From the NCBI GenBank assembly GCA_028023455.1, contig JAQFVV010000003.1, positions 12,772,001 to 12,836,000 of the forward strand: DNA of 64,000 bases, in the 5' to 3' direction. This DNA is from Epiperipatus broadwayi. Its lineage: Eukaryota; Animalia; Onychophora. A model generated the notes under the pieces. It saw nothing but the letters and a program-made list of their open reading frames with translations, ran no database searches and had not been told where the DNA came from. Below are positions 1 to 14,198 of this stretch, piece by piece. Numbering within the stretch: position 1 is the first letter of the stretch; every line of letters starts with the position of its first letter. Both the position numbers and the translations under genes were made by a program.

Positions 1-860
1 TGTCCCATGTATCTTATTTGATTGGTCGAAATGTTTTCTTTTTTTAATGACGTACAAACTATAAGCATGACATCAAACAAAATACAAGTATTTGATACAT
101 CTGGATCATAGCTTTCTAATGATGTCTTCAAAAAAAAAAATCCAATGAAATTTGAATTTTTTATTAATTTTTTTCGTAATAGGCGCATTTAATTTTTTTT
201 TTTTTTTGATCAATTTTCTAATTTCCATGAAGCAATAACTACAGAAAACTTTTATCGGCCTCACGAGTTAAAAAAATGGATTAAAAATATGCTGATCATT
301 CACAAACAAGGCCTTTCATGGAGTCTAAACATAATTGCAGAATATCCGGCTCGTAAGTATACAATTTTAATTTTTTGAATAATATTTTAAATTTTTTTTT
401 AATTATTTGAAAAATAATTTAATTTTTATTAATTTGCGTTTGTATTGATGTGTGTATATATAAATTCTATATTTATTTATGCTCATATGAATTCATATGT
501 ACAGTAATTTTGTGTGTTGTAATCCAAGTTTGAGGCAAACTTATTTTATAAAAATGACGATTCTCAAAAGGTTTAATAATTTATTATTTATTATTATGTT
601 TATACAGTGTGTTTGTGTTTACTCTTGCATGTTGTATAACAAGTAATGATTTACAAAACTAATAATCAAATGTACAGAAAGATTGCATATGCAAGCAAAG
701 ATTCAAATTCTGATTCTTGCCTATGCCTTGATACTCATGCTGTGGAGTCACAAGTTTTGCCATATCTTTCATCACATTATTTTCAAGTCTATAGCTAACA
801 AATGGACTATATGCAAATAAATTATATCTATGTGATACAATAAATATAACAAGATAGCAT

Positions 861-940
861 TATTGGTGTGCATAAAGAATATAAACATCACTGGGTGCAT
901 AAAGAATATAAATATCACTGGTGTGCATAAGAATATAAAT
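861..940 (+). repeat. Three tandem copies of a ~27-bp unit (tggtgtgcataaagaatataaa[c/t]atcac)
   Basis: Directly visible imperfect tandem triplication. Confidence 0.8.
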
Positions 941-2538
941 GTACACAAAAAAATATAAAATGAAGAGATGAAACTCATTTTATCAGTAATACAGAGAGTA
1001 GCATACAATTTCTAGTTTTAGATGGACAAGAAGCCAATTGCTATGATGACAAATGCATATCTATCTTCTGGAAATGATTTGTTTTATATCCTTTATTAGG
1101 ATGAATCTTTTTCTTATAGAAGCCTTTGGGATTTGGTAACTTTTGGGGTACAAAATAAAAATGAAGAATTCTTATGTGAATACTTTTGGAGATTCTGAAG
1201 CTATTGATTATCTCAGGTAAGACATATTATCTATGGTTTGAAAGATAATTTTGTGAGAAATACAAAGAAATTATCATTTAAACTTAGTTAATGATGAATT
1301 AGTAATTATGAACAAACAATAAAATAATAATTATGTCGGATGTTGAAATTTCTTTTTTTCCTTAATTTTTAAATGGTAATCACTATTTGACTTAGCCTTA
1401 TTGTTTTCCTTAGTTTTTCTAGTTTCTATCAATGTAAAGTTTTTTGCTCTAACATTATTAAAACTGAAGTTATTGTGAAAATTGTATCTCAAGTCAGTTT
1501 TTAAAAAATTCAATATGGCACCTTATATAATATGCATATATCAATTTATAATGAAAGAACATAAAAGAATGCCCCTTTAAAACAACCTGCTATCACCAGA
1601 CAAGTTTTGCTTTATTGATACGTTTTTTGACAATACTTTGGCAATGATTAAAATTGATAACTAAAAAGAGCTACATAAAACATATTTGTATTGAAAAAAA
1701 AACATATAATCTCAATGGAAGTAATCCACAAAATTTATCTGAAATTTATTTTTTAAAATAATTTCCACCTAACAAATTTCTAACTAAAACTGACATAAAA
1801 AAACATAGCCCTGAACTGGCCATAATGATTTCCATTCTCAACACCATTTTTCTTTGATCAAATCTATTATAATTCTTTTGATGATGTTCTACAAAGAATA
1901 AAATCAAATCAATTATTTCCAAAATTAAAATAATAATGTTATACAGAATTTCATCAAATATTTTTTCTTTATTTCAAATTAAACTAACAATAAATTAATA
2001 AAAATAATAACATAACTATCTCAAGATATTTTTTTTCTACATTAGATATTAGTGACATCTATACTCTCCATAACTCATTAAGAGTGCAAAACAATCAAGA
2101 TAGAGCTGAACCAGGAAATCTCTACTTATTGGTTTCATCATTTTTATTAACAGAGATAATATGGATAAGATATGCATCTACAATCTTACATAAAAACTAA
2201 ATGTAAAATGTGTATGTACATATGTGTGAGATTGAAAATTACAAAGCAGACTTGGGTAATGGATTATTAGGAGGTAGAAAAAAATAGGATGTTTAAACAA
2301 TCTATCATATAAACAGCTCTACTTAATGATTTATTTATTTAATTTTTTGTTTAAAAACTGTTTATTTAAAATTCATTTAGTAGTTCTTTTTCTTATTTAA
2401 TAGAAATTGATTTCTGCAATTAAAGAGAATATTTACATATTACATTATTATATAATAAACTTCTTAATTATCAATGAAGCAAGTTATATATAACATGACA
2501 TTGCTTTTATAAACTGGTATTTACAAAAATGTAATACA

Positions 2539-2801
2539 GAGAATGTACTAATAGCTTAAACAAGCTCTTAAATGATAAGTGCTGTGAGAGAAAATATTTA
2601 AAATCTTTATCCAGAACATTTCTTATCCCCAGACCAATTGGTTTTGAGCTTATGGCTCACCTCAGTGAGGAGCTAGAATATTCAGACACTAGTGTCTGAA
2701 TATTCAGACACTAGATAAGAGTATTTTTGATAGAGATTTTAAATATTTTCTCTTACTGCACTTATCAATTAAGAGCTTGTTTGAGCTATTGATACGCTCT
2801 C
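2539..2801. mobile_element. MITE-like foldback element with ~90-bp terminal inverted repeats
   Basis: gagaatgtactaatagcttaaacaagctcttaaatgataagtgc... is the reverse complement of ...gcacttatcaattaagagcttgtttgagctattgatacgctctc. There is also an internal perfect palindrome, aatattcagacactagtgtctgaatatt. Confidence 0.75.
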
Positions 2802-2841
2802 TTGATTAAATAATCTTCTTAATAAGTAAAAGGAAACTTAC

Positions 2842-2964
2842 CCTTTTGGTAGTAGACATATTATAAATAATTTCTGTGTAAATACTTTTAGTAGTGAGTT
2901 TATTCTGTTTTTGCTGATGAACAGCTTTATTGGCTGCCACTAAGACTTGAAAAGGATCCAATAT
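2842..2964 (-). CDS. TPRKB: TPRKB coding exon 2 (gene probably continues left of the window)
   Basis: 123-nt exon between ttgtAG and AGG|GTAAGT, translating to ILDPFQVLVAANKAVHQQKQNKLTTKSIYTEIIYNMSTTKR. This carries the DPFQ.LVAANKA / TEII.N motifs of Cgi121. Intron 1 is 10.6 kb. No exon 3 was found in 1-2841. Confidence 0.93.
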
Positions 2965-3677
2965 CTACAATAATAGATTTAAAAAGGCTCTTAGTATGTC
3001 AATATATGTATGTTTGCATGCATCTGTGTTTAACTTATTTTGCTAATAGCTAGCTATTTGTAAACAAGTATGGCTATTTTAACTCTTGATAAAAAAAAAA
3101 AGAGTCCCAAAAAGTTATATTTATATTCTTATACAAAGTTGTACACAAAAAAAAAAAAAAAAAAATTGAAATCAGAATTGCTGAATGCATAATTAAAAGA
3201 TAAAAATATGATAGTACAAAGAATATACAATTCCACCAACATAGTTAGTGCAAGAAAATGATTTATGGCAAGAAAGAAATGCCTCTATACTAATCCAAGT
3301 AATTAATAATAGTAAAATGGAATGGGGGGAGGGGAGAAAAATCACAGAAAAAGTTATTTATATCACAAACAATATTTACGTTCTTATACATGCATGCATA
3401 TAATTATCTTTTGAATATCATTTGGATTTTTTTAGCACATATTTTGAACCTCTTCTATTAATGATTAAAGTGTTTTGAAATACCCATACTTTCTGTTAAT
3501 CAAAATATTGTCAAAGTCTGCTGTTCCTTTACATATGTGTATAAATATCACACGGTAATCCGAAAGTGTGTTTATTATATGTATACATTAATGTCAGGAT
3601 TGAACCAAATCTATAATTGTTTCTGCCTTACATCATGGGTGTTTAATATTATATGGTAAGCTTAAATAAAGTGTATT

Positions 3678-3920
3678 GGAGGGTTGCATTAGATCCTAAG
3701 ATCTAAGTGCAGTGCTCAGATCCAAGGCTCCTCATTGACAAAGGCCACAAGCCAGAAACTAGTCTGGGAATATTGGATGAGTAGGCACTAGATGGGGATT
3801 TTATGCACAAGCCTTCTGGCATCCATTGATTACTCTGGTTGGCACAGGGTGGCATTACTGTATAAAGAGTTTTGCCTTGTTTATTAACAATTATGTGCTA
3901 GTATAAGAGATAGTGATCCT
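3678..3920 (+). mobile_element. Older partial copy of the hammerhead-containing ~447-bp repeat family
   Basis: Colinear with 39420-39670. The hammerhead core at 3729-3770 is mutated (TTGACAA instead of CTGAYGA). Confidence 0.8.
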
Positions 3921-3922
3921 GT

Positions 3923-3996
3923 GATATTAGCAATATGTTATCAAGACAACAGTATAATTAGATTGTATTATTGTCTTGACAACATATTACTGATAT
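3923..3996. repeat. Short imperfect palindrome (micro-MITE-like)
   Basis: attagcaatatgttatcaagacaacagtataat is approximately the reverse complement of attgtattattgtcttgacaacatattactgat. Confidence 0.6.
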
Positions 3997-5199
3997 TTTA
4001 TTGATTTATTTAAGCATTACAGCTGTAGTTAATGTATTTCAGAATACTTACATACAAATGTTTCTGTAAACAATGAAATGTTTTAGGTACTTATCTTTTA
4101 TATATAATAATTGTTTAATGCATATAGAAACATATGTAACCAATCAGATCTCAAATCTGTAGGAGCACATATCTAGTATTAATATCTATTATATTGTAAA
4201 TATTTACTAGTTTAAAAATATCAAATTGATCTCTCTTTTTCATTGCCCATATGTATTACTACTTTCAATTGTGAATTTTTCTGTAAATGAGATATTAAAT
4301 ATATCCTGCTGTAATTATATCTGGCAGATTAGTTTATATCGTAATCATTTTGAAGGAATTATTGGTTAACTGTAATTTAAGATAAACAATAAATTTTCAA
4401 AATGATGCTATCTTGAGGTAGGACTGCATGTAATAATTCTGATATTTGGACAAAATGAAAATACTGTGGCCCTATTTTTCCAAAAAATTGCAAAAAAATT
4501 AATTTTTTAATAAATAAAAAATAGAAATGTATATATGTTTTTAGTTTAAAAAATAAAATAATAAATGCATCAAAGTAATAATAATTAAGATATTAAACAA
4601 ATTAATAAAAAAATAATATAATTGAACTTTACATATCAACAGTTTTGAAAACTTATCTATATCATTAAAATTATTTATAATACAAAATATTTGATAAAGA
4701 AAATAGCTAAATTTGTCCATCTGTTTTGACTTATATGTAATAACACACAATTTTAAATATTAATTTATTTAAATTCCTTTCATTTGTTGCCATTGTAAAT
4801 GGGGGTATGAAAAAAATCTGTTTATATACGCATAAAAGGTATGGGCAAATATATTTTGTTGTGCAATAAAATTAATAAAGATAATAAAATTTTATTTGAA
4901 TATATATATTTTCATGTCCAGTGCATAAAATGTTAGTAATATTATTGTTTCAATAAATAAAAATATTTTTTTATTTTCTTCATTTTTTATACTCTTATAT
5001 AATAGCACTTGGGGAATTGGCCTATCCGAGATATAGCCACATTTTCAGAAAGTTCAAAATAGTATTTGCTAGTATTTTGAGATTTGCAATATAATGACAA
5101 TTAAATGTACCATTAAAATCTGAAAGCATTCTATTAAACACTATTCAAATTTATATTTCACAACTTTGAACAATTGTGAAATTGTTTTTACTTAACCAT

Positions 5200-8100
5200 G
5201 ATCACATTTTTTACCAAGATTAATGAAGTCATTACATTGTAAATGAGCTTGTTGCATTAGATTAAAGATCAAAAAAAAAAAAAAATGAAAAAAGAACATT
5301 GACAAATATTAAATGGTCAGAACACTAAAAGTTTCTATCCTTGTTTTATATAATATATATAAAATGGGCATCTATCTAAGAATGGTTTGACATCCATTTT
5401 ATACCTACATTTCTATTGTAACAGAATGCTTGTAGGATACAAGTTTATTTTTTTTGGAAAGGCAGATCAATCAGTGAAAAAAGAATGCATGGTGTGTGGA
5501 TTTGCTGTAAAATCTAATTTAGTATTTTCTATCATTGGAATTCCTTGTTGTATCAAGGTAAGTCAAATGATCTTAAAATTTATTTTGCATAATGGTACTA
5601 GTGCTCATTATATTAGTGTCTATGCTCCTATTTTAGATTCAGATAATTCAGAGAAGAAAAGCTTTTGTTTCTTGTTGGATAGCATGAAAAGATCAATTTT
5701 TTCTTCGTGGGGACTTTAAAGCCTGTGTTAGTACAAATAGACTTTGACCAAAAGTCAAAATAATAGTGTTGAGGTTGTAAATTCAAATGTTTTGTTATTA
5801 TTGAATATATGCACAGCATATGAATTGACTATCGCAAACACTTTGTTTAGATAGAAAAACTGTTAAACAAAAACATGGATACATCCATGCTCAAAACAAT
5901 AGCATTTAATAAAATACATCATAGTTAAGATTCAGAATACAGAGAAATCTACAATACATAAGCCCTTACAAATTCATTGTTGGATATAACATAGATTAGT
6001 ATGTTCCAAGATTAAAATGATAGTTGCAATAAAAAATAGATATTATTCCAATCATATTTGCAATAAAATTGAAGTTCATTCTTTAGAAAAATCTATTATA
6101 TGTACTAAATTTCAAGTTATTGAAGACTAAAACTGCTAACTTGGATTTTCAAGATTGTCATATTACTGAAACTAGGAATTCTTCTAAAATTCTGATATGG
6201 ATACAACTAAATTTATTCTTGGTCTCTAAAAAAAGAAACATGTGGCATTCTCTGCTTGACGAAATAATAGACTAAATGCTGAACTTCATAAAAAATATAA
6301 AGATCTGATGGCATAAGTTCATTGACTGCTAAGACAGCTTAAAGAGGATTGGTGAATTAAAATTGCAAAGAAGATACAGATACTCACTGATCATAATCAT
6401 TCTAGACCTTTTGTTGATGTATTGAAAACAAATAACATATAAACATAAGAAATGGTATCGCAATCCTGTTAAATCTAACGACACTCTCTTAAATGATGAT
6501 AATGATATTTTGAATAGGTGGAAAGAATATTTTGATTATCTTTTGAATAATGATATTAGAATTGATAGGAAGATTTTTAACGATATATCTATTTTATCTA
6601 TAGTCATTTAGATTTGGACAAAGATATCCAGCTTAATGAAATCAAACAGCTATTTGTAATTCTAAAAATGGAAAGGCTGCAGGTTCTGATAAAATATCTG
6701 GAGAAATTTTAAAATAAAGTGATATTTTAGCTTCAAAAATATTGGAATTTTTTAGAAATATTTGGACTCAATAAAATTGTGCTATCTAATCTTATATATG
6801 CTTTTGTTCTAATTTTAAAAAAAAATATGAATAGACAATATAACAGTAATTATAATGGAATATCATTATTATCCACTACAATAAGAATAAACTTTCAAAA
6901 ATTTTATCAAATAAATTGCTTCAGTTATAGATGAATTATTACGTGTTCAATGTGATTTTAGAGAATCAAGCATTATAGATATGATTTTTGTCACTAGGCA
7001 AATACAAGAAAAGTAACAGGAATAAAGATGTGATTTATATATTGTTTTTACTGACTTGATCAAAGCATTTGAATCAATTAATAGGATAGATCAATGACAT
7101 TGTTTGAAATTAGTTATTCATATTATGCAGCTTCTACATGAAAAAATGACAGGAAGTGTTATTGCTACATGTGGAAAATCTGAGGCATTTGAAATGAAAG
7201 TTGGTGTTAAAAGAGCATGTGTATTGCTGCAAAATTGTTTTCAATTTTTATGACAGTGTTCCTGGGAATTGTGTATAGATGACTTAATTAGACAGGGATC
7301 AAGATATGATACAGGTTTGATAATGAAATTTTTAATTTGAATAGATCAAAAATAAAAACAAGAACTTCATCTTTTTGGATTCTGGGTTTATAGTATGCTA
7401 ATGATAGTGTTATTTTTGTTAGTTCAAAAGACAATTTAAAAATGATCTCAGATTATTGATTAATGTTCAAAAAACTCTAATTCTTTATCAGCCAGTGATG
7501 GAAGAAAAATACTCAGCAACTTTCAGCTTGGAGGATTATCAACTTGAGAAAATAAACCAATTTAAATATTTTGGTAGTTTTATAAGTAAAAAGGTGGTTT
7601 TAGATGTTGAATCAAACAAAGACTCCAATGTATTGCTACTGCTTTTAATAAGTTAAAAGATAGAGTATTTCATCATAGAGAAATAACTTCTGTAACTAAG
7701 TTTGCTGTACATAGAGCTGTTGTTTTACCTAATTTATTGTATAGATGTGAAACTTGAATAGCTATCGGCACAACATAAAGGCGTTAGATAAATTTCATTC
7801 AAAGATACTCCACAAATTTTTTTAAAATATCATGGCAAGATTATAAAACCATTTAATATGTTCTTCAGCTTTCTGGATGTGATATTATTGAATTCACTAT
7901 TGTAAAATGACACCTTCCTTAAAGTGAACATGTAAAATGAATATACAATGAAAGACTTTCTAAAAGCGTATGTTATGGTGAACTTGAGCATGGGTTTCAT
8001 GGGAGAGATAGACCTCATCTATGTTATAAGGATTATCTCAAAGACATTTTAAAGAAATGCATTATCAATGGTTTCCATCGGGAAGATATGGCATGGAATA

Positions 8101-8375
8101 GAATACATTGGAGAGCTACAATTAGGCATGGTGTTGAAATATTTCTGAAAGAAAAGTTTTCTGCTGAGAAAACTAAAAGGCAATATCATAAAATATCAAG
8201 TAAACAGAAAAATGGACTAATGTGTCCTATATGTGGTAGTATTTATGGGCATAGATTGGCTTGTATAATCATTGCAAAATTCATTTCTAGAATAATTTCT
8301 CTCTCTTTTCATTTTTTCAATTTTTTTTTGGAGCTGAAATGACCATACTCATTTTTGAGAGATTCAGCCACCAAT
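5200..8375 (+). mobile_element. Decayed near-full-length RTE-clade (BovB/RTE-like) LINE in TPRKB intron 1
   Basis: Ordered, frameshifted motifs: APE endonuclease (GYKFIFFGK..VCGFAVK, ISVYAPILDS), RT (FTDLIKAFES, INVQKTLILYQP, NQFKYFGS) and C-terminus (WNRIHWRATIRHGVEIF, CPICG). Confidence 0.8.
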
Positions 8376-8999
8376 TTTTTATGATGTAATTGTATCAGTC
8401 TGGAAGGAACAGATAATCACCATTTAATTGAATCTCAGATGAAGTGGTATTTTCTTTTACCTTAAACTATTGGAACAACATTAAATGAAGACATATAATG
8501 TTTTATATATGCAGTATATATATATGATATATAGCAATATGTTTGCATTATTTTATTAGATTATATATTTTAAAAAAGTTTAAAAAAATATTGAATCTTC
8601 AGATTTTCATACTTGTGAAACTTATTGATTTAGAAATATAAACAAAACTTATCAATATCTGCGTGCGAGTATGATTTTTTAAGACATAATATACTGAATC
8701 AATGAAAAAAAGAAAAATGATCCTGTTTCAACCCATTTTTAGTATATGTATATATCGGTTTATATATATAATTATTTTAGATATAATTGCATAACTCATC
8801 CTTTTCACTTAAAGGTTATTTTGTGTTTTTTTGTAGAACTCTCTTATACATTTCATAGCATTGTTTCTCATTCCTATTTATAATAATAGTTCAATTTTTT
8901 CTTCTGATTGTTGAAACAACTTTCCCTCCAATGTCAAGATATTGTTTATACTTTTAAAACTTTTGTAATAATTTTCCTTGCTAATTCATAATTATATTT

Positions 9000-10620
9000 T
9001 CTTACATCATTATTAACTATTTTTAAAAATTCACTAACTACATTTGAAAATATATACAATATATCAAATGAGACTTGATGAGATTAAAATAGAAATACTG
9101 AAAATCCTCAAAAAAGTTTTAATATATGGTAATATGTTAACTTCAAAGCATTGAAATGTTCTTTAGAAATATACAGTAATTATGCCACCTAATTATAATG
9201 ATTTTATTATTCCAGTTAATAAAAATAAAATGGAATAGAAAAGATTGCAGTAATTATTATGGGATATCATTATACAACAAAAGTACTTTCAAGGATTTTA
9301 TATAAGAAATTGCTTAATATTAATATTAATTGATTAATATTGTTTTCATTGATTAATCAAGATATTTTTGATAGAGAAGGTCTGAGAAAATGTTTGAAAA
9401 AACTGATTATCCACAGAATTTTATTCATACTATACAACTGCTATAAAATAAGAATAACAGGAAAATGTTATTACAGGTTGGAGAAATATGAAGTGTTTGA
9501 AATGAAAATTTATATAAAACAGAACCATAGTACTAATAAGATTCTATCTATTTCCTGTTAGAGATTGATGTCAGGCATACAATAAAATAGATTCAAGCCT
9601 TGGATTAAGCATGATAAGCTAGGATTGGCTTGTATAAGAATAAGCTCTAAGCATAAATGATTCACTTATGTTTTTCAAACTCTTGCTTACTGGTGAGTGC
9701 ATGTAGATTTAAAAATATTCATTAACAGTGCATGAGTAAAGGATTATCCCCTTCATTATTTATTATTACATATGTCCTCAGCACTTGATTAATAGATTAA
9801 ATTTCAACTTTGTTTTACAGTTTTATGGTAATGGTTTTGATTAGTTTATAGGCAATTTAATAAATTAGGCAATAAGATGTGATATAGATTTGATGGTGAA
9901 AGTTTTTTACTTGAATCAATTGAAAACAAAAACAATAACTTCTGATTATTACATTGTTCTTGCCAATTTAACATGTTCTTAATGTTTAATGCAAATAGAA
10001 AGAGTTTGTTTTACTAATTACTATTTTATAAAACAAATAGATGTTTTATCAGCCAATGATGGGAAAAAAATCTTAACCAATTTTTGATTAGATGGTTATC
10101 ATGTTGAAACTATAGATCAATTTAAATAGTTTGATTACTTTTTAGGTAGAATAAATGAAATTGGGGTTCAGGTACAGCTGTATTCAATTAATTAAAAGAA
10201 AGGATATTTTATCAATTATCACAACTAATAATAAATAAACTAATATTTTTCCAAATGGAACATAATACCAAACCCTTTAATACAACATAGTCAATGAAAA
10301 AATTTCTTTAAGAAAGTATTATACTTGAAAATACAATATCAAATATTAAAAGTAATTGCTATATCCCTCAACTTGCAGGATATGATATTCTAAGAGCATA
10401 TTGAATTGGATATATGAAATAGATATAAAAAAAACTTCCTAAAAAATGGATTTTATTATGAAGAGATACAACATTTATTGCTTTTTGCACAAAAAAAAAA
10501 ACCAGTTGATAGAATACAATGAAGAGCAATATTTAGATAAGATCTTCAAATTTATCAAAAAATAAAATTTGCTGCAGAAGTTAAGCATCACAAGATGTCA
10601 AAGAATCAAATTTAAAAATC
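9000..10620 (+). mobile_element. Second, more degraded RTE-like LINE fragment
   Basis: Remnant RT motifs: ...RYRFDG..., DVLYQP..., ETIDQFK.F, and an LPKK-like 3' motif. Many stops. Confidence 0.5.
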
Positions 10621-13545
10621 AGCATATAACAAATTCTTGTTTCACAGTTGATTTGTGTAATCATTACAAAATTCAGTTTAAATTTTTTTTTCTGAAATTA
10701 TAGTGGTCATTCACATTTAAAGTGTGTCTGCTATTGACGATTATATTTTAAATAAAATGTAATTTTTCCATTTTATTGTTTTGCGAACAAAACAAGTGTT
10801 ATTTGATCACTATATCTATTTGAACTGATACTCGGTTTTTTACAATTTCTGTTAACAATAGTGATATTCATTATGTCATCAATTTTAAAAATCACAAATG
10901 ATGCTTTGAGAAAAATCAGTGAAATCATACCTCCACAATCTGTTTCTAATTTATCTAATTAGTGTGTGCGTGAGTAGCCAGTAATTTTTTTTTTTTAAAG
11001 AATTTTGTATTTACATAATTCTAATTAATTAGAACTATATTTTTTTAATTAGTGTTACAATGCATTTTATATATAATTTGTAAATAAGGATAAATATTGA
11101 ATTTCATTATTCCTTAAGAAAACAACTTAGTATTCTATATGTACAACTTTTTCCAATATATACCATATTGTCATTCTTGAGTTCATCTATATAAAGAGTT
11201 TCACAAATGGTAGAAAATAGATAACATATCAAATCAATCTTCTAAACAAACTGGCAATGATGTGGATTTTCATGTAATTTAAATATGATTTACAACATGA
11301 TAAATAAATAAAATATAGAATCTCATGAAAAAATTTAACAATGCTTAGAAGTCTCCAGAAAAAATAATAGTGCAATTTTGTTAGTTTGGCTTGTGCCTCA
11401 CAAAATAATATTGCTTCTAAGAACTGCAACAGCTATTTTGGCCATATTATTTTTTTTATTACTTCCTGCCTATGACTATTAGTGGGGTTAGATGAGGAAA
11501 TTTGGTCATCCCAAACTAAATATGTTTCAAAAACTGATATCCGAAGGCTGAAAACTAATTCAAAAATAAATCAGATAGAGTGCTGATCATTGTGTTTTCT
11601 CAATGGCTTTAAAACATATCATCAAACAATTATTTAAAACTGCAATGATAAAGTCATATGCTTTATAATTTAACTATTAAAATTAACTTTGCTATTCAAA
11701 TATAATAACAGCTGTAACAAAAGGTTAACATTCTCAGTGCAAAAGTAAAAAAGGAAAAATACCACACATTAAAATTAATCTATATTATATACATATAATT
11801 GGATATTATTAATATACCTTAATAATTAACAATCTTTATATATTTATCAAATATTCTGCATGTAAAAACAGGAAAAATACCTTTAAACAATGATAGATCA
11901 GTAGGTAAACTTGTCCTGATCATTAGTGGCTACACATGGCATCTATAATTGTCAATTAACTCTTTAATAATATCTAACATTTTCTTTAGGATAATTGTGA
12001 TTGAATTCCATAAAAAAAAAAAATCTGGCTACAATTTAATGTTTAAAAATTCATTAAAATTTAAATTAATCAATGAAAAATAAGAAAAGACAGATTATTT
12101 TGAAATTAACTTTTTTTTTTACCACTTTTGGAATTCAGGCACCAGTGACCTAAAAGTGGTTATTTGGGATACCTTGCATTATTGCAATAGTAATCAATAT
12201 TATACATCTACTAATATTTATCTTCATGAATCTCTTGCCGTTCTTATTCATAAGAAAACTCATCTATTATTTTTTTTATCAAAGAACATGTTCGTGTCAA
12301 CTTACATATAATACTGATAACAATATCACGACTCTCAAATGCTATAAAATACATAATAATAAAATTCTAAGTTTAAATCTCGTAAATTTTTTTCATGATT
12401 CATATCAATAATCATCCTTAAATAGAAACAGACATAAAATGCATTATACTAAATAAATTTATACATGTAAATCAAATCCATTTCATTCAAAGCCTATTAT
12501 AATCAGTCAGAAAAATTAATCAAGGACTTTAAGAAAAGTGATAGTACATTTTTTAATAGTCTAAAGATTTAAATTATACAACTACAAAAAGGAATTTATA
12601 TAGAAAATAAGTTCAAAGAATAAACAGGTGCCATGTGTCTTTATCTATCAAAACTGAATATAGGGCTTCAAATCTAATATAACTTGTATAAAACATTTAT
12701 ATGTATTCAGTATAGTTAATCATTATAAACAAAAGAATTGATAAAAGTTGAATACTAAAATGATAAATTAAGCACAATTCTTTTCAAGTGACTAAATTGA
12801 AAATGGTTTTTTTAATCCCAAGTCAAGAATCATTAAAATAACCTGTTTTCAAGCTCACAATTAGGCTATACTTAGCATCATCATTAATTATGTTAAATCC
12901 TACATCAAAATAAATACCTTTTCCATACCTTTCACTTCTAATACTTTCAGATCTTTTCTAAATGTCGTTTGATTAATTTCTTTCTTCTATTCCTTTACCA
13001 TCTATAGATTGCTCTAGTAATAACTTTTATAATTCCACTATCTATAACATCCAATCAAATTTCTCTCTTGCTACATAATTTTCTCGAACAAATAATATTT
13101 TTTTCCCAATAAACCTATATCAGTGATTTTATCCTTTCAACTTATTTCTATATTTTAATTTCACATCTATATTTCTCTTTCATGAAAATAATCTTTTAAG
13201 AAGTTGTAAACATCAGTTTCTTTATAATGTGCAAACCATTATATACTTAATGACCTGATTTGAATTTAAAATATTATTGATGTGTGATTTTAATAACATG
13301 TCAATACATACATAAACAGGTGAAAGATTACTTATATATGATTTTAAGTAATGATTTTATTACATATTTTTACTTTTGTTAAGATATTATTTTCATCTGA
13401 GATAGGCAAAATTAACAATATCAATTCAATTTTTATCTAATAACAAAAACGAATAGTCAATAAATTTCGCAATATAAAAATCAAAGTAAAGAAATTAAAC
13501 ATTATCCAATCCTCAAAGATAAATGACTGCATTCGACAACCTTAC

Positions 13546-13686
13546 CAACTTTGTATTTAAAAGACTGCCTTCCAACTTTCCTTCAATAACCATTGTTTTA
13601 ACTTCTTGAGAATTTTTTACATTTTTAAATAAACATAATGAAACAAAAACATCGGGGTATAAATCGAGTTTACAAACTTGATGCAT
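13546..13686 (-). CDS. TPRKB: EKC/KEOPS complex subunit TPRKB (Cgi121), coding exon 1
   Basis: Manual translation gives MHQVCKLDLYPDVFVSLCLFKNVKNSQEVKTMVIEGKLEGSLLNTKL. This matches the TPRKB N-terminus as recalled (human [26 protein letters not shown]...EGTIDGSLINPTV). The exon is 141 nt and ends at a phase-0 donor TTG|GTAAGG. Confidence 0.92.
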
Positions 13687-14054
13687 AATTTACAGGTTCG
13701 TTTTTACAATGCACTAAAAAATTGTAGATGTCAGAACTGTACTATAGAATAAAGTGTTAAGGTTAGATATTTTTTTTTGTAGTTCCAGTAATAACAAAAA
13801 AGCTTACAAACAATCTATTTTTATAAAACTAAAAGATCTTTATCTAGTCTTCAAATATTATTTTTTTGTGTATAAAAAATACGCAACTATTATTTAAATA
13901 AATAAATACATAGTTTGTTTAATTTTTAAAACGTGGTGTGAGTTGTTATAGTACACTATATATATTAATATTATTTCACGTAAAAATAAATTCTATTAAA
14001 GAGAATGTATCCTGATAGCATTATAGACCGTAAATAAAACTTTTTTTTTTTTAA
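13687..14054. promoter_or_regulatory. Shared bidirectional promoter / 5' UTR region of TPRKB and ALG10
   Basis: Only 368 bp separate the two divergent ATGs. CpG dinucleotides are locally retained (acgtgg, ttcacgta, gaccgta) in an otherwise CpG-poor window. Confidence 0.75.
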
Positions 14055-14198
14055 ATGGCTGCAATTTTACTTACTATCTTTGCTTTGATTTCGTTTTTAA
14101 CTTTTATATTAATTTACGATATTCAAAGCAAGCCTTACATGGATGAAATTTTTCACATTTCACAAGCTCAAAGATATTGTGAAGGTAAATTTAATGAG
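14055..14198 (+). CDS. ALG10: Dol-P-Glc:Glc2Man9GlcNAc2-PP-Dol alpha-1,2-glucosyltransferase, exon 1
   Basis: MAAILLTIFALISFLTFILIYDIQSKPYMDEIFHISQAQRYCEGKFNE contains the ALG10/DIE2 PYMDEIFH..QAQ.YC.G motif. Phase-0 donor GAG|GTAATA. Confidence 0.95.

Noticed and set aside
660-1100. Possible piggyBac transposase relic (MDKKPIAMMTN, LYLCDTI)
   Set aside because: Two short, weak peptide resemblances, with no TIR or TTAA found.
11300-12350. Exon-like minus-strand blocks considered as TPRKB exons
   Set aside because: Their translations do not match Cgi121, and the true exon 2 was found at 2842-2964.
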